DNA of 64,000 bases from Eledone cirrhosa (Eukaryota): contig OZ024745.1 of the NCBI GenBank assembly GCA_964016885.1, positions 92,814,001-92,878,000 of the forward strand. The letters are read 5' to 3'. Every line of letters starts with the position of its first letter. Within the stretch, counting starts at the first letter, position 1. Of this stretch, positions 1 through 15,666 are shown piece after piece. Position numbers and translations under genes: made by a program. The notes under the pieces are model-generated. The model made no database searches. It saw only the letters and a program-made list of their open reading frames with translations, and was not told the origin of the DNA.

Positions 1-299
1 TTGAATAATATAATATATATATAATATATATAATATATATATATTATAATATATATATTATATATATATAAATATATATATATATTATATATATATTATA
101 TATATTATATATATATTATATATATTATAATATATATATATTATATATATATTATATATATTATAATATATATATATATATATTATAATATATATATATT
201 ATATATATATTATATATATTATAATATATATATATATATATTATATATATTATAATATATATATATATATTATAATATATATATATATATATATATATT
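1..299. repeat. (TA)n microsatellite with TTA/TAA interruptions
   Basis: Direct reading; ORFs here are low-complexity I/Y artefacts. Confidence 0.95.
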
Positions 300-997
300 A
301 AAATAGAAAGATTTGAATGGATACAGTTTAGTTGAAAGGAATTTATTGACACGTGTTTCTATAACAGTTACATAACCTAAAACAGCTGATATCTACAAAC
401 TTTTAGTTATGCAGACATTCAATATTTCAATGTTATTATTTACTGTCATTTCATCAGAATAATATTACTGAGGACCTATTTAGTTTTTATAGAGAATATT
501 AGGAGGGAGGGGTGAAGTTGTTAGAAGAATAGTTGAAGGAGTGGTTTTTCGATAGCAGTGAGTAATTAGATTCCCATCTGTTGTTTTGACATTTTTTATA
601 GAATATATTATTGGTTATTTTTCTAAATCTATAGAAGGATTAGAGATAGTAAAGATATGCGTGGTTGGTTTTGTGTTTGCACTTAATTAACATTCAGACT
701 TAAATTTTTCTTTCAAGTGTACGCATACCTTCACCCACGCATTCACACACAAATATATTTGCACACCTCTACAAAATACATATACTCACAATTCACATAT
801 TCATACTTACATATATATACACATGCATACACATATATATACACACATGTATTCATGTACATACTTACGCGCTCATGTGTATACATTTTCATACTCAACT
901 TATCTTTATATACACACGTATAGACACACACATATATACATACTTACTCTAGTCCATGTGTACACACATACACATCTATATACACATATATACATAC

Positions 998-1038
<41 letters not shown>

Positions 1039-1656
1039 TATACATATATATATACATATATATATATAAGCACTTTAATACATGAATACACTTACATCTA
1101 ACTATACACATCAAACATATATATATATTTACTTATTTATATACATTTTCACATATATATACATACTTATGGACGTTTTTAGACACATTCATTATCGCAT
1201 ATTTGCACCTATTCTCATCGGCATATCTTTCCATTATTAGTGTGGTAATTTAAGGTTATTAATATATGTTGAGAAGAGATTGTTTTTATATTTTTCTAAC
1301 TAGATTAAGGTTTATATAGTTGGGGGATGTCCCTCTTTTATGTAATATTCGGCTTGTAGATGGGAATCTAATTACTCACTGCCACCAAGAATTCTCACTG
1401 CTATCAAAAAACCACTCCTTCAACTATTCTTCTAACAACTTCACCCCTCCCTCCTAATATTCTCTATAAAAACTAAATAGGTCCTCAGTAATATTATTCT
1501 GATGAAATGACAGTAAATAATAACATTGAAATATTGAATGTCTGCATAACTAAAAGTTTGTAGATAGCAGCTGTTTTAGGTTATGTAACTGTTATAGAAA
1601 CACGTGTCAATAAATTCCTTTCAACTAAACTGTATCCATTCAAATCTTTCTATTTT
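300..1656. mobile_element. Fold-back element with ~280-bp inverted arms (300-579 / 1358-1656) between (TA)n tracts; probable Penelope-like pLTR remnant
   Basis: aaaatagaaagatttgaatgg...attagattcccatct is the near-exact reverse complement of agatgggaatctaat...caaatctttctatttt; both arms contain a hammerhead-like core. Confidence 0.75.
1495..1540 (+). ncRNA. Degenerate type I hammerhead ribozyme motif (mirror copy on - strand at 416-461)
   Basis: CTGATGA-aatg..catt-GAAATATT; stem II aatg/catt and palindromic stem III present, stem I weak. Confidence 0.45.
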
Positions 1657-2205
1657 TCTCCGGATTACTTTTGGAACTACAACTGGAACCGTCGAGCAAA
1701 CTCTACGTGAGCTGATAATCTACTGCGTGTAATATTTATATTACAACACAACGGAAAATACTGTATATATATTAAAATATATATATATATATATATATAT
1801 TAAAATATATATATATATATATATTAAAATATATATATATATATATATATATTAAAATATATATATATATATATATTAAAATATATATATATATATATTA
1901 TAATATATATATATTATATATATTATAATATATATATATTATATATATTAAAATATATATATTATAATATATATATATTATATATATTAAAATATATATA
2001 TATATATATATTATAATATATATATATTATATATATTATATATATATTATATATATTATAATATATATATATTATATATATTATAATATATATATATATA
2101 TATTATAATATATATATATATATTATATATATATATATATTATAATATATATATATATTATATATTATAATATATATATATATATATATTATATATAATA
2201 TATAT

Positions 2206-2432
2206 GTCATTCTCGATAAAAGCACTGGATATGTAGTCCTGATGATTTCTAACGAGAATGAAACGCGTAGATTACTTCCCTTGCTTTTATCGAGAATCTA
2301 ATTGTAATACGTGACGTATTCTATTCTATAGCGATTAGGTCTTCAAAATGTTTATTATAAACATACAGAATATTTTCGAATATTCTATGTCTATATTCAC
2401 ATATATATCGCTATTTCAGAGCATTTATTCCA
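2206..2432 (+). mobile_element. Small non-coding hammerhead-bearing element in (TA)n with 16-bp inverted repeat (2209-2224 / 2282-2297)
   Basis: attctcgataaaagca...tgcttttatcgagaat brackets the ribozyme; TA arrays on both sides. Confidence 0.7.
2233..2275 (+). ncRNA. Minimal type I hammerhead ribozyme
   Basis: gtagtc-CTGATGA-tttct aacg agaat-GAAACGCGTA-gattac: stem I gtagtc/gattac (one G-U), stem II ttct/agaa, palindromic stem III ACGCGT, GUA cleavage triplet. Confidence 0.9.
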
Positions 2433-2648
2433 ATATATATATATATATTATAATATATATATATATATATTATATATAATATATATATATATATATAATA
2501 TATATATATATTATATATATATATTATAATATATATATATAATATATATATATATTATAATATATATACATATAATATATATATATATAATATATATATA
2601 TATATATAATATATATATATATATATAATATATATATATATTATATAT

Positions 2649-3893
2649 GAGTCAAAAGGACTTAAAATTAACCTGGCTAAGACCAAAGTTCTAGTTTGTA
2701 GGAAAGAAAACAAGGCGGCGGTCCCTTCTGGGAAATGGGCGTGCTCGGTATGTAGGAAAGGCGTAGGTAGAAACTCCATCTTATGTCCTAAATGCAAAGT
2801 ATGGGTGCATAAAAGATGTAGTGGGATCACAGGTAAGCTAACTAAGAACATAGACTTTACATGTGGCCGGTGTTCTGGTGCAATAAGTAGCAGCAAGTGC
2901 CCACAAAATACTAGCTCTTTCAATTGCGCAGAGGGTTCTATAGAAATAGTGGACAGCTTCCGTTACCTGGGCGATAAAATCAGCAGTGGGGGAGGGTGCT
3001 CTGAAAGTACTGTAGCTAGAGTCAGAACTGGTTGGAAAAAGTTCAGAGAGCTTATACCACTATTAGCTGCTAAAGGGTTCTCCCTAAAAATGAAAGGCAG
3101 GTTGTACGATGCTTGCATACGAACAGCAATGTTGCATGGTAGTGAGACCTGGGCATTGTGTGCAGAGGATATACGCAGACTAGAGAGGAACGAAGCTTGC
3201 ATGCTCCGCTGGATGTGTAACAGTAATATACGTGAACGGCAAAGCATAAACGAACTAAGGAAAAAATTAGAGATAAGAGGGATCAGATGTTGTTTACTCG
3301 AGAGAAGGCTGCGTTGGTATGGACACGTGATGCGCATGAAAGTCGATAGCTGTATTACAAAGTGCAGGGCAATAAAGATAGACGGTAGCCACGGAATAGG
3401 CAGACCTAGAAAAACATGGGATGAGCTGATAAACTCCGACCTCACACACTTACACCTCTCCAAGACAATGTCACTGGACCGTGACCTTTGGCGGTACTCA
3501 GTAACAGAGAAGACCCGCCTTGCCAGTAGGCATCTCTAACAAAATACACCCCTCCCGCCACCACCCCCACCCCATCCACACCACCCCGTTCTATGTAAAG
3601 TTATGTTGGTGCCGCGCCATCCAGGCCGAAACAAATGAGATCGTGTAAGTGTCACGACAAAAAACACACAGTCCACGCTGTAATGTGGCCGTGTAGGCAA
3701 CACGGTAAAAACCTCCCAGACCCACACTGTAAATGTGGTTGGTGTTAGGAAGGGCATCCAACTGTAGAAAACCTGCCAGACAGTCCTATGCGAGCAAGAC
3801 AATCACTCTTGCCTCAAGTGGGACTACCCCCGTCCAAACCCATGCAAGCGTGGAACACGGACGTTAAACGTTGATGATGATGATGATGATGAT
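2649..3893 (+). mobile_element. 5'-truncated RTE-clade LINE, subfamily A (PHD-like finger, RT C-terminal domain, 3'UTR, (GAT)n tail)
   Basis: ORF 2805-3539 with FRYLG, MLHGSETW, RRLRWYGHVMR, GRPRKTW; ends aaacgttgatgatgatg. Confidence 0.93.
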
Positions 3894-4074
3894 ATATTAT
3901 AATATATATATATAATATATATATATATTATAATATATATATATATAATATATATATATATAATATATATATATATATATTATAAAATATAATATTATAT
4001 ATATTATAATGTATATATATATTATAATATATATATATTATATATATTATAATATATATATATATATATATTAT

Positions 4075-4770
4075 AGTAATAATAATAAAATTGAAGACTA
4101 AAATCCAAAGAGGGCTCGATAAGGAAAATATATATCAAATATATAAGAACCGTAGAGCAAATATTTATTAAAATAACAGATTAAAGTTTAAGCAAAGAAT
4201 CGCTGCTTTCACCCTTAACGGGATCTTCTGAAACTAACAAAGTCAATCTGTAAACGCAGAACTGGATATTTCAAAAAACGTTGCAACCGGAGGAAGACAG
4301 GAAGACGATACTTTGGTTCGTGGAAATGTTCGCTGGCAAAGAACGGGAAAAAACAAATAATACGTCATTAATAGGAGTGGTGAAAAACCATTACGCACAA
4401 AGACTGAACCATGTTTATGGTATAAAAGAGGTCGTAGACTAATGTTCTCTTAGGTGGTTCATAGAGACGTTCTCTGGCAATGAACGAAAAAACGAAGATA
4501 ATACGTCATATGTGGAGCGTGGAGAACAATAGCACGCATAGACAAAACCACGTAAATGGTATAGCAGAAGTCGTAGAATAAAATTCTAACTAGGAGACCA
4601 AATGAATCTCCGCGTGCGTGGTTTTGTATACCTATGGTAAGGTTTTGCGTATGCTTGTGTATGTATGTATCTGTTTGCGTGTATATATTTATTTGTTTCT
4701 ATTACTTCTGTATTGTATTTATTTACTTTGTTCTTAACTCTGTAGCGGAGATTCATTTGGTCTCCTAGTG
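4075..4770 (-). mobile_element. Non-coding PLE-type terminal repeat fragment with ~130-bp internal direct duplication and 25-bp inverted repeat (4589-4613 / 4745-4769)
   Basis: Homologous copies at 8035-8330 and 23575-23830; carries a variant hammerhead at 4185-4235. Confidence 0.6.
4185..4235 (-). ncRNA. Variant-core hammerhead-like motif (CAGAAGA); copies at 8260-8311 (+) and 23584-23634 (-)
   Basis: agttt-CAGAAGA-tccc gtta agggt-GAAAgca gcgattctt tgcTT-aaact: all three stems pair, U4 is replaced by A. Confidence 0.55.
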
Positions 4771-5045
4771 CAGTTTTAAATCAACATATGTTGATTTAAA
4801 ACTGCACTATCCACAAGTGTTTTTTAACCTTCATATCATGTCATCCTATTTTATCTGATGAAAACACAAATGTTATTGCATGATGATATTTGTTTTTGAA
4901 ATGCGCATAATAAAATACATGGAACTCTTTTAACCATCTTTTGATCTTATATATTATGTATACTCCAGTCCTACAAACTGTAGAGTGCTTCTTATCCGAT
5001 ATCTGCATTGCTTTATTGTACTACAATAAAACTTACCTCCTACAT
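4766..5045 (+). mobile_element. Hammerhead-bearing non-coding element (same family as 22487-22810) starting with a 44-bp perfect palindrome
   Basis: tagtgcagttttaaatcaacat|atgttgatttaaaactgcacta at 4766-4809; 3' end cctcctaca runs into (TA)n. Confidence 0.8.
4847..4917 (+). ncRNA. Type I hammerhead ribozyme with long stem II
   Basis: tattttat-CTGATGA-aaacacaaatgttattgcatgatgatatttgttttt-GAAATGCGCATA-ataaaata: perfect 8-bp stem I, palindromic stem III ATGCGCAT, AUA site. Confidence 0.92.
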
Positions 5046-5102
5046 ATATATTATAATATATATATATATATTATAATATATATATATATATATTATATAT
5101 TA

Positions 5103-5251
5103 GAAGAGGAGGACCAAGGTTGATGCCCTAAGGACAGACACTGGTCTGTTGGAGATGCAGGACATGGCAGCGATTATGATGGACAGAGACCGCTGGAGAG
5201 AACTCGTCCATGGATCTCGGGAATTTTACCCGCCTTAGATAGATAGATAGA
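5103..5251 (+). mobile_element. 3' end of a second RTE-like LINE with (TAGA)n tail
   Basis: Encodes ...MMDRDRWRELVHG; homologous to 45750-45870; inserted in (TA)n. Confidence 0.65.
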
Positions 5252-5276
5252 TATATATATTATAATATATATATAT

Positions 5277-5314
<38 letters not shown>

Positions 5315-5315
5315 T

Positions 5316-5347
<32 letters not shown>

Positions 5348-5355
5348 ATATATAT

Positions 5356-5387
<32 letters not shown>

Positions 5388-5702
5388 ATATATATATATA
5401 TATATAATATATATATATATATATAATATATATATATAATATATATATATATATTATAATATATATATATATTATAATATATATATATATATATAATATA
5501 TATATATATATATAATATATATATATATATTATAATATATATATATATATATATAATATATATATATATATTATAATATATATATATATTATAATATATA
5601 TATATATATATAATATATATATATATATATAATATATATATATATTATAATATATATATATATTATAATATATATAATATATATATATATATATATTATA
5701 AT

Positions 5703-6620
5703 ATGTTTCCTGCATTCGGCGGTGGATTGTACCGTGATGATGGGCTCCTTACCCTTAAAGGGTACGACCCCAGTAGTACAGACCGGGTCCGTAAACAATT
5801 AATCAGCTTCTTCCGCGACTGGGGATTTAAAATAACCCTACAAACGTCCCTGACCCGAGTAAACTTCCTGGACGTTACCCTTGACCTCGATAATGATCTG
5901 TTCTACCCATACAGGAAACCCAACGACAACCTGCACTACACCCACCGCCGGTCATACCATCCTAGGAACATCACCAATAACCTAGTTAAAAACATCTCCC
6001 TCCGCATATCTCGTTTGTCCGCTAATGAGCAGATATTCGAGGAACATGCGCCTTATTACAACCAGGCCCTCAAGCGGAGTGGTTTCCGAGAGGAAATATC
6101 CTACTGTCCAGCTTCCATTAGCGGAACCAGCAGGCGACACCGCCACCCACGCAATGTAACATGGTTCAATCCTCCCCACAACGCCGAGGTGACAACTCCT
6201 ATCGGGAAAATCTTCTTTAAGCTCATCGAAAAACACCTCTACCACAACATAATCAACAAAAATACCATCAAACTCTCCTACAGCACCACACCAAACTTTG
6301 CACAAAACATTGTCTCCTCTAACAACAAAAACTCAACCCCTATGGAAGAAATAACCTAAATAGCAGTGGAGAGCCGACCAGGAGGTGCAACTGTCCTGAT
6401 GGATCCATTTTCCCCCTGCAGAGATCGTAATGTGATCTACCAGTGCAACGCGAGGACGGACACCTCCAACAAAGCTTATATAGGATTAACCGCATGTGAC
6501 TTCAAGACCCGGCTATACCAACAGAGACATACTTTCCGAAACCCGGCCCGGCGTCACGCCACCACACTTTCGGGCCACATCTGGGACCTCAAAGATAACA
6601 ATATTACCTATGATCTCTAA
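5703..6620 (+). mobile_element. 5'-truncated Penelope-like retroelement: RT C-terminal half plus C-terminal GIY-YIG endonuclease (frameshifted, pseudogenised)
   Basis: LYRDDGL, NFLDVTL, PYRKP, WFNPP, IKLSYS; RCNCP in an alternate frame; VIYQC...YIGLT..FKTRL..RHTF..TTLSGHIWDLK; abuts (TA)n. Confidence 0.92.
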
Positions 6621-6642
6621 GGGTGCCGCCACGATACAAAAA

Positions 6643-7172
6643 ATCTAGTGCAAACTACATAAATGCTCGTACGAAGTATATGAAAAATTTGATACGGAAA
6701 TTGAAATCAGACCCCCCCCCCCCTAAAAAAATGCTGATATACGAGAAATTAAAGCAAAGAAACCACTAAGAAATATAGAAAGCACGGAAAGGGGGCAGCC
6801 ATCGGATAAGAAGGCAAGTATCCGGGGTCTAACACATCTGCTATAAAAAGCGGAGTCGGCCAATTCTATCATAGAATAGGGGAAGGGGGTGGGGGTACTG
6901 TGGCTACAAAGGACTGAGGGGCTGCCTCGGGTGGGCGAGAAAGTGAAAAGGACGACGACAAAGAAAGAGGACAAGGTGGAAGGACTAGCGAGGGATGGGG
7001 GAAAGAAGGAAATATAGAGGAAGCGATAAAAAGATATAAAAGATCTTACGTCTAGTGGCTTCTTTGCTTTAATTTCTCGTATATCAGGGAGGGGGGAGGG
7101 GATTCTGATTTAATTTTCCGTATCAAATTTTTCATATACTTCGTACGAGCATTTATGTAGTTTGCACTAGAG
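6643..7172. repeat. ~125-bp inverted repeat (6643-6770 / 7051-7172) downstream of the PLE ORF
   Basis: ctagtgcaaactacataaatgctcgtacgaag... versus ...cttcgtacgagcatttatgtagtttgcactag. Confidence 0.85.
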
Positions 7173-7380
7173 ATCTTATAACGAAACGGCCGTCTGGAAG
7201 GAAAGAGATATTTATTTAATAATGTCTCATATAAATTAATACAACCAGCTATCCACGAAATACTGATTAGTTAGCACTCCAAACACTAAATTGGGATAAT
7301 ACTTAAGTATATCCTAATGTTTGTTGAGTGAGATGGAGTTGGTCGGAGTATCGCTTAAGGCTTTCTCTGTTTATGTATTG

Positions 7381-7418
<38 letters not shown>

Positions 7419-7634
7419 GTTTGGCACAAGGCCAGCAATTACCCAGTTCATTACTGGTACTTTATTTTATCGACCTGGTAAGGATGAAAGGGAAAGCGGA
7501 CGTAAAATGATGATGATGATATTATATACTATATATATATTATATATATATATTAATGAAATAATTATCTTATGTTGTTTATTACATAACTATATATATA
7601 TTATCTATTATATATATAGTAAAACCTACTCCAA

Positions 7635-8002
7635 CCAGTAGGCATCTCTAACAAAATACACCCCGTCCCACCACCACCACCCCCACCCCATCCACACCAC
7701 CCTGTTCTATGTAAAGTTATGTTGGTGCCGCGCCATAGGCCGAAACAAATGAGATCGTGTAGGTGTCACGACAAAAAAACACACAGTCCACGCTGTAATG
7801 TGGCCGTGTAGGCAACACGGTAAAAACCTCCCAGACCCACACTGTAAATGTGGTTGGTGTTAGGAAGGGCATCCAACTGTAGAAAACCTGCCAGACAGTC
7901 CTATGCGAGCAAGACAATCACTCTTGCCTCAAGTGGGACTACCCCCATCCAAACCCATGCAAGCGTGGAACACGGACGTTAAACGTTGATGATGATGATG
8001 AT
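7635..8002 (+). mobile_element. RTE subfamily A 3'UTR fragment with (GAT)n tail
   Basis: Near-identical to 3524-3893. Confidence 0.9.
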
Positions 8003-8329
8003 ATATTATATATATATATAAATATATTATATATATAGTAATAATAATAAATTTGAAGACTAAAATCCAAAGAGGGCTCGATAAGGATAAATATATATCA
8101 AATATATAAGAACCGCTCCTATTAATGACGTATTATATTCGTTTTTTCCCGTTCTTTGCCAGGGAACGTTTCCACAAACCAAAGTATCGTCTTCCTGTCT
8201 TCTTCCGGTTGCAACGTTTTTTGAAATATCCACTCCTGCGTTTACAGATCGACTTTGTTAGTTTTCAGAAGATCCCGTTAAGGGTGAAAGCAGCGATTCT
8301 TTGCTTAAACTTTAATCTGTTATTTTAAT

Positions 8330-11330
<3,001 letters not shown>

Positions 11331-11867
11331 GCACCTGCAATTATAGGGAATGAAATCTTGGACAAATATATCTAAACATGGTACTATAAAAGTACAAAGA
11401 AGTAGAGTGTTTGCATGGCTTCAGTACTATGTAATTCAACTAAAACATCAAAAGGACTCATCTCAGAATAAGAATTATGCTAATAATGGTATGTTGTTTG
11501 CAGGCTTTGCAGTAAGTTACAAAATATCATAGCGAGAGTTGGTAAAATTTTCAGTTTTGTATTTAAATATGTCTTTTTAAAAAACAGCTCCATATATATA
11601 TATCCATATGTGGTTGATGGCTGAGAGAAAAGAGTACTCAATACCAAAGTAGAGTTTTAAGATTCATTAAAATTAAGGCTAAAAAGTTTTTTTATATATA
11701 TATATATATCTCAGAGATGAGCTTACACATTGAAGCATATCTGAGTATTCCAGAGTCAGGTTCAATCAATAATAGATCATTCCTCGAGCTGATCGACAGT
11801 GAAACATATGTAATATGTTATTAAATATGTATATGATGCTACACTGACTCTTTCTTCCTTTATTCTA

Positions 11868-11910
<43 letters not shown>

Positions 11911-12850
11911 GTGTGTGTGGATTTATGGATGTATGTACATATCACAGTATATAAGAACAAAAAAATTAGTCCTAAGGATCCCATTTCTAAAAAATGTGGG
12001 GTGGACTAAAAACATGTGGGGAAAATTTCAAAAAAATTAATGATCACTCACCAATTCAAGTAAAAAGCTTTCAGTACTGTGGCTATGAGCTTATACTTTA
12101 TTTATAATCTAAAACAAAAGAAAATTTTAAAATAAACTACATGAAGAAAGAGCTAAAAATAAATTAGGAAAAAAAAATATATATATATATTTAAATGAAA
12201 AGCAAAGAAAAAGAAAATTATTAGAGATAATTAGAAAATAACAAACTGTATAACTATGAACATTTATAAATACATAAAAAATCCAAAGCCAACCAAATCA
12301 ATTTTTATGATTCTTTTCTTTTTTTTTTTTTCATATTTCTTCCACCTCATTTAACTAGTTATTTTGTTGTTTTTGTTATTATAATTAATCAACAACCATA
12401 AAAGAATAGCAGCCATTGTACACATACACACATAAACACAAAAAAAAACACACCTATACACATAAAACACACACATATACACACACAAAACACAACACAT
12501 ATACATACATACAAAACACACATATACAGACATATACATAGACACATATACACACATATACACACAAAACACATGCACACACACATTGTAGCCTGATAGA
12601 ATTTTTCCTGTGTTTTGAGGTCTAAATGAGTGTGGTTAAGTCTCTAGTGCAGAATTTTGTAATATATTATAGACTGACACATTTAAGGACTTCAAACAGA
12701 ACACAACACAAGTTAACAATATATTAATTAATTAATCACATTGTTGGTCCCCTCACCACCATTTATTTCCATCATCAACAAATGATGATAATACAAAAGA
12801 AAAAAAATAATAATGAAAATTATTCATTTTGGTTATATTAATACAAAATA

Positions 12851-13716
12851 TGAGGTGTGTCAGAAAAGTTCCAGGACTGATGTCACAAAAGATTTATTTG
12901 AAACCCAAACTTCACACTAAGAGTTTTCTCCTTCAAAGTAATCCCCCTGGAGTATGTAACTGTAAACTTAGCTCTCAGCAGCGATCAAACTTTTTTCTTC
13001 ATAATTTTATATACATGTCCTCTGTTTCAGGTCGTCAAGCAATGAGCACAGAGCAACGAACAAACTTGAAAACTCCGTCAGAAGCACTGGGATTGCTGCA
13101 GCAAGTGTATGGAGATGAGACGATGTCACGCTCACGTGTTTTTGAGTGGTGCAAGATGACCCCCAGGAGCGGAAGGCCCTCAACAACCAGGACTGAGGTC
13201 AACGTTGAGCGCGTCAGGCAGATGGTGCATAGCGATCGTCGGCTGACTGTTCAACTGATAGCAAATGAGCTGGGCATGAATTGGGACAGCGTCTGGAAGA
13301 TTCTCACTGAAGATTTGGACATGCGGAAAGTCTGCGCGAAGATGGTGCCAAAACTGCTGAACGATGACCAGAAGGGTTGACGCATGCAAGTGTGCCAGGA
13401 CATCCTCGAGCATCTTGAAACCGAACCAGAATTGCTAGGGACAGTCATCACCGGTGATGAGTCATGGATCTTCGAGTACGACCCGGAGGGGACCCGTTTT
13501 GAAGACGTGGACGACATCAAAAAGGCCGTGACGACGGAACTGCAGAGGATCCCGGAAGAATCCTTCCAGGAGGGCATGCAAGCTTGGTAGAAAAGGATGG
13601 AAAAGTGCTTTAGATTCCAGGGGGATTACTTTGAAGGAGAAAACTCTTAGTGTGAAGTTTGGGTTTGAAATAAATCTTTTGTGACATCAGTCCTGGAACT
13701 TTTCTGACACACCTCG
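12851..13716 (+). mobile_element. Internally deleted mariner transposon with ~101-bp TIRs and TA target site duplication
   Basis: TIRs 12851-12951 / 13616-13716; transposase remnants MSRSRVFEW, RSGRPST, KVCAKMVPKLL, ITGDESWIFEYDPE, QGDYFEG. Confidence 0.93.
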
Positions 13717-13772
13717 TATGTCAACAGGACTAAAAATTGTTTTATTTAAAATTTATTTTTCATATAATGACA

Positions 13773-13980
13773 ACCTTTCAGCCGCCGGCCAGAATTCCTT
13801 CACCTCTTTCTGTTCAAACTGGCTGTAACTGGCCGCTCATTTTGATGTTATATATTCTCAACATAAATAATATCAAAATCTCATAGATTCAATATTATGT
13901 AAGATAATTATATAAGACAAAGCTTTTACCATGAAAATACAATAGTATATATAGAGTAATGGAAATGCTAATGGGTTAAA
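13773..13980 (+). mobile_element. piggyBac-type MITE family 1; other copies at ~15500-15660, 33334-33545, 36818-37022, 39466-39665, 43273-43458, 48599-48733, 62706-63041
   Basis: Consensus ends TTAACCCTTTAGCATT...AATGCTAAAGGGTTAA (TTAA TSD, CCC/GGG termini); shared body ggccagaattctctcacctctttctgttcaaac. Confidence 0.75.
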
Positions 13981-14151
13981 CTGTACATAATCGGTCACGC
14001 ATACTGATGTTAAGGTATTGTTTTCAAAATAAATAACATGAAAATCTCTATATTATGTGAGGTAAAACCTTTACCATGAAAATATAATAGTAAATATAAA
14101 GTAATGTAAATGCTAAAGACTTAAATACAAAAAATATCTGGTTAAGAAACC

Positions 14152-14199
<48 letters not shown>

Positions 14200-14649
14200 C
14201 AGTTAACTTAGCAGTTTGGTAGAAACCGATAATAATATAGGCACCCAACTCCAGTTAGTACTAGGGTCAATGTATGCATGGGCCCATAACTCCTGATGGA
14301 GTTGTAAGGATGCTGTAGTAAGGTACAGCATGTCTTGGGCACTTTAAACCTGATGGAACCCATTCCTCTCTAGGTTCGAACTTAGCCGATTTCTTCCAGA
14401 GGGTGAGAGAGAGGGGATCAACTCCAGTGCTGGACTGCTTCATTTTATCAACGTAAATAGATTGGCAATGGCAGTGGATTGGTACAGCTGGATGCCCTTC
14501 CTATCATGGACCACTTTACAGAAAGTGTACTGGGTGATTGTTTATCATGTGGATCACCAACACTAAGGAACATTGTCAAGTCTATGACAGCTAAAGAACA
14601 TGGATAAATAAATCAGAAATTGATTAAAAATTGAAACTGGGTTGAAAAT

Positions 14650-14920
14650 AGTTTACATAACTACAGTGTTTACCTAGTGCTAGGAATACACTTATGAGAC
14701 AATGGTTTACATCACTAAACAGTGTTTATCTGGTACTAGTAATACTATTCAATAAATACGCTTATGAGACACTAGTTGACATAACTACAGTGTTTACCTA
14801 GTACTAGTAATACACTTGAGTAAATACACTTATGAGACACAATAGCTCATATAACTACACAGTCTTTACCTAGTGTTAGTATTTCACTTGAATACATATA
14901 AATACACTTATGAGACATCT
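14650..14920. repeat. Degenerate minisatellite, ~50-60 bp unit
   Basis: Repeated acataactacagtgtttacctagt...aatacacttatgagac. Confidence 0.8.
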
Positions 14921-15666
14921 CTATAAAATCTATGAAGTTGTGGAAGAGGAGAAGAAAAAAGTTATTTAAATGGAATATGACTGAAGTTATACTATCTATA
15001 CTCTCTATAAAGGATATTAAATGATGTGATTTTGTTGCATGAAAAGGGACTTAATGGCACCACCAAGATATCAATCATATCAACAGTGTTTTACAGTTAA
15101 TTTACTTTCTTGTATCCTTCATCAGAAAGTAACACAGGAAAATGATTTGTAGACATTACCAAAGAAAATTAATGATTCAACAGATTTAGTAACTTGAAGA
15201 TTTCAATATGATTTTTAAAAAAATATAAATAAACATATCTTTAATACTATTGATTTTAATGGCTGGTATTATTTTCTATGACCAGTTTCAACCATACAGA
15301 ATATATCAATTATGACAAGCTAACAAAATAGTTTTGGCTTTGATTATAAAAATTAATTGAATGACTTATCAAATACTGGCTAGCAGACAATTAGAAAGCT
15401 TAGAGTAGTTTCCTATGTGAAGCATGCTATACTGGTAGAAACCTACTCTGATATTCTATCTTATAAACATGGTGATTTAGTTTCTCCAATCTAACAATCA
15501 GCTTTAGCATTTACATTATTCTATATTTACTATTGTAGTTTCATGGTAAACATTTTATCTCACATAATATCGAATCTATGAGATTTTGATGATATTTATC
15601 TTGGGAACAATACCTTAACATCAGTATGAGCAGCCAGTTTGAATAGAAAGAGGTGAGAGAATACCC

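Noticed and set aside
11340-11810. Possible host exons near splice-like motifs
   Set aside because: No convincing ORF or recognisable protein similarity
15095-15135. CTGATGA...GAAA on minus strand
   Set aside because: No stem II or stem III/NUH arrangement
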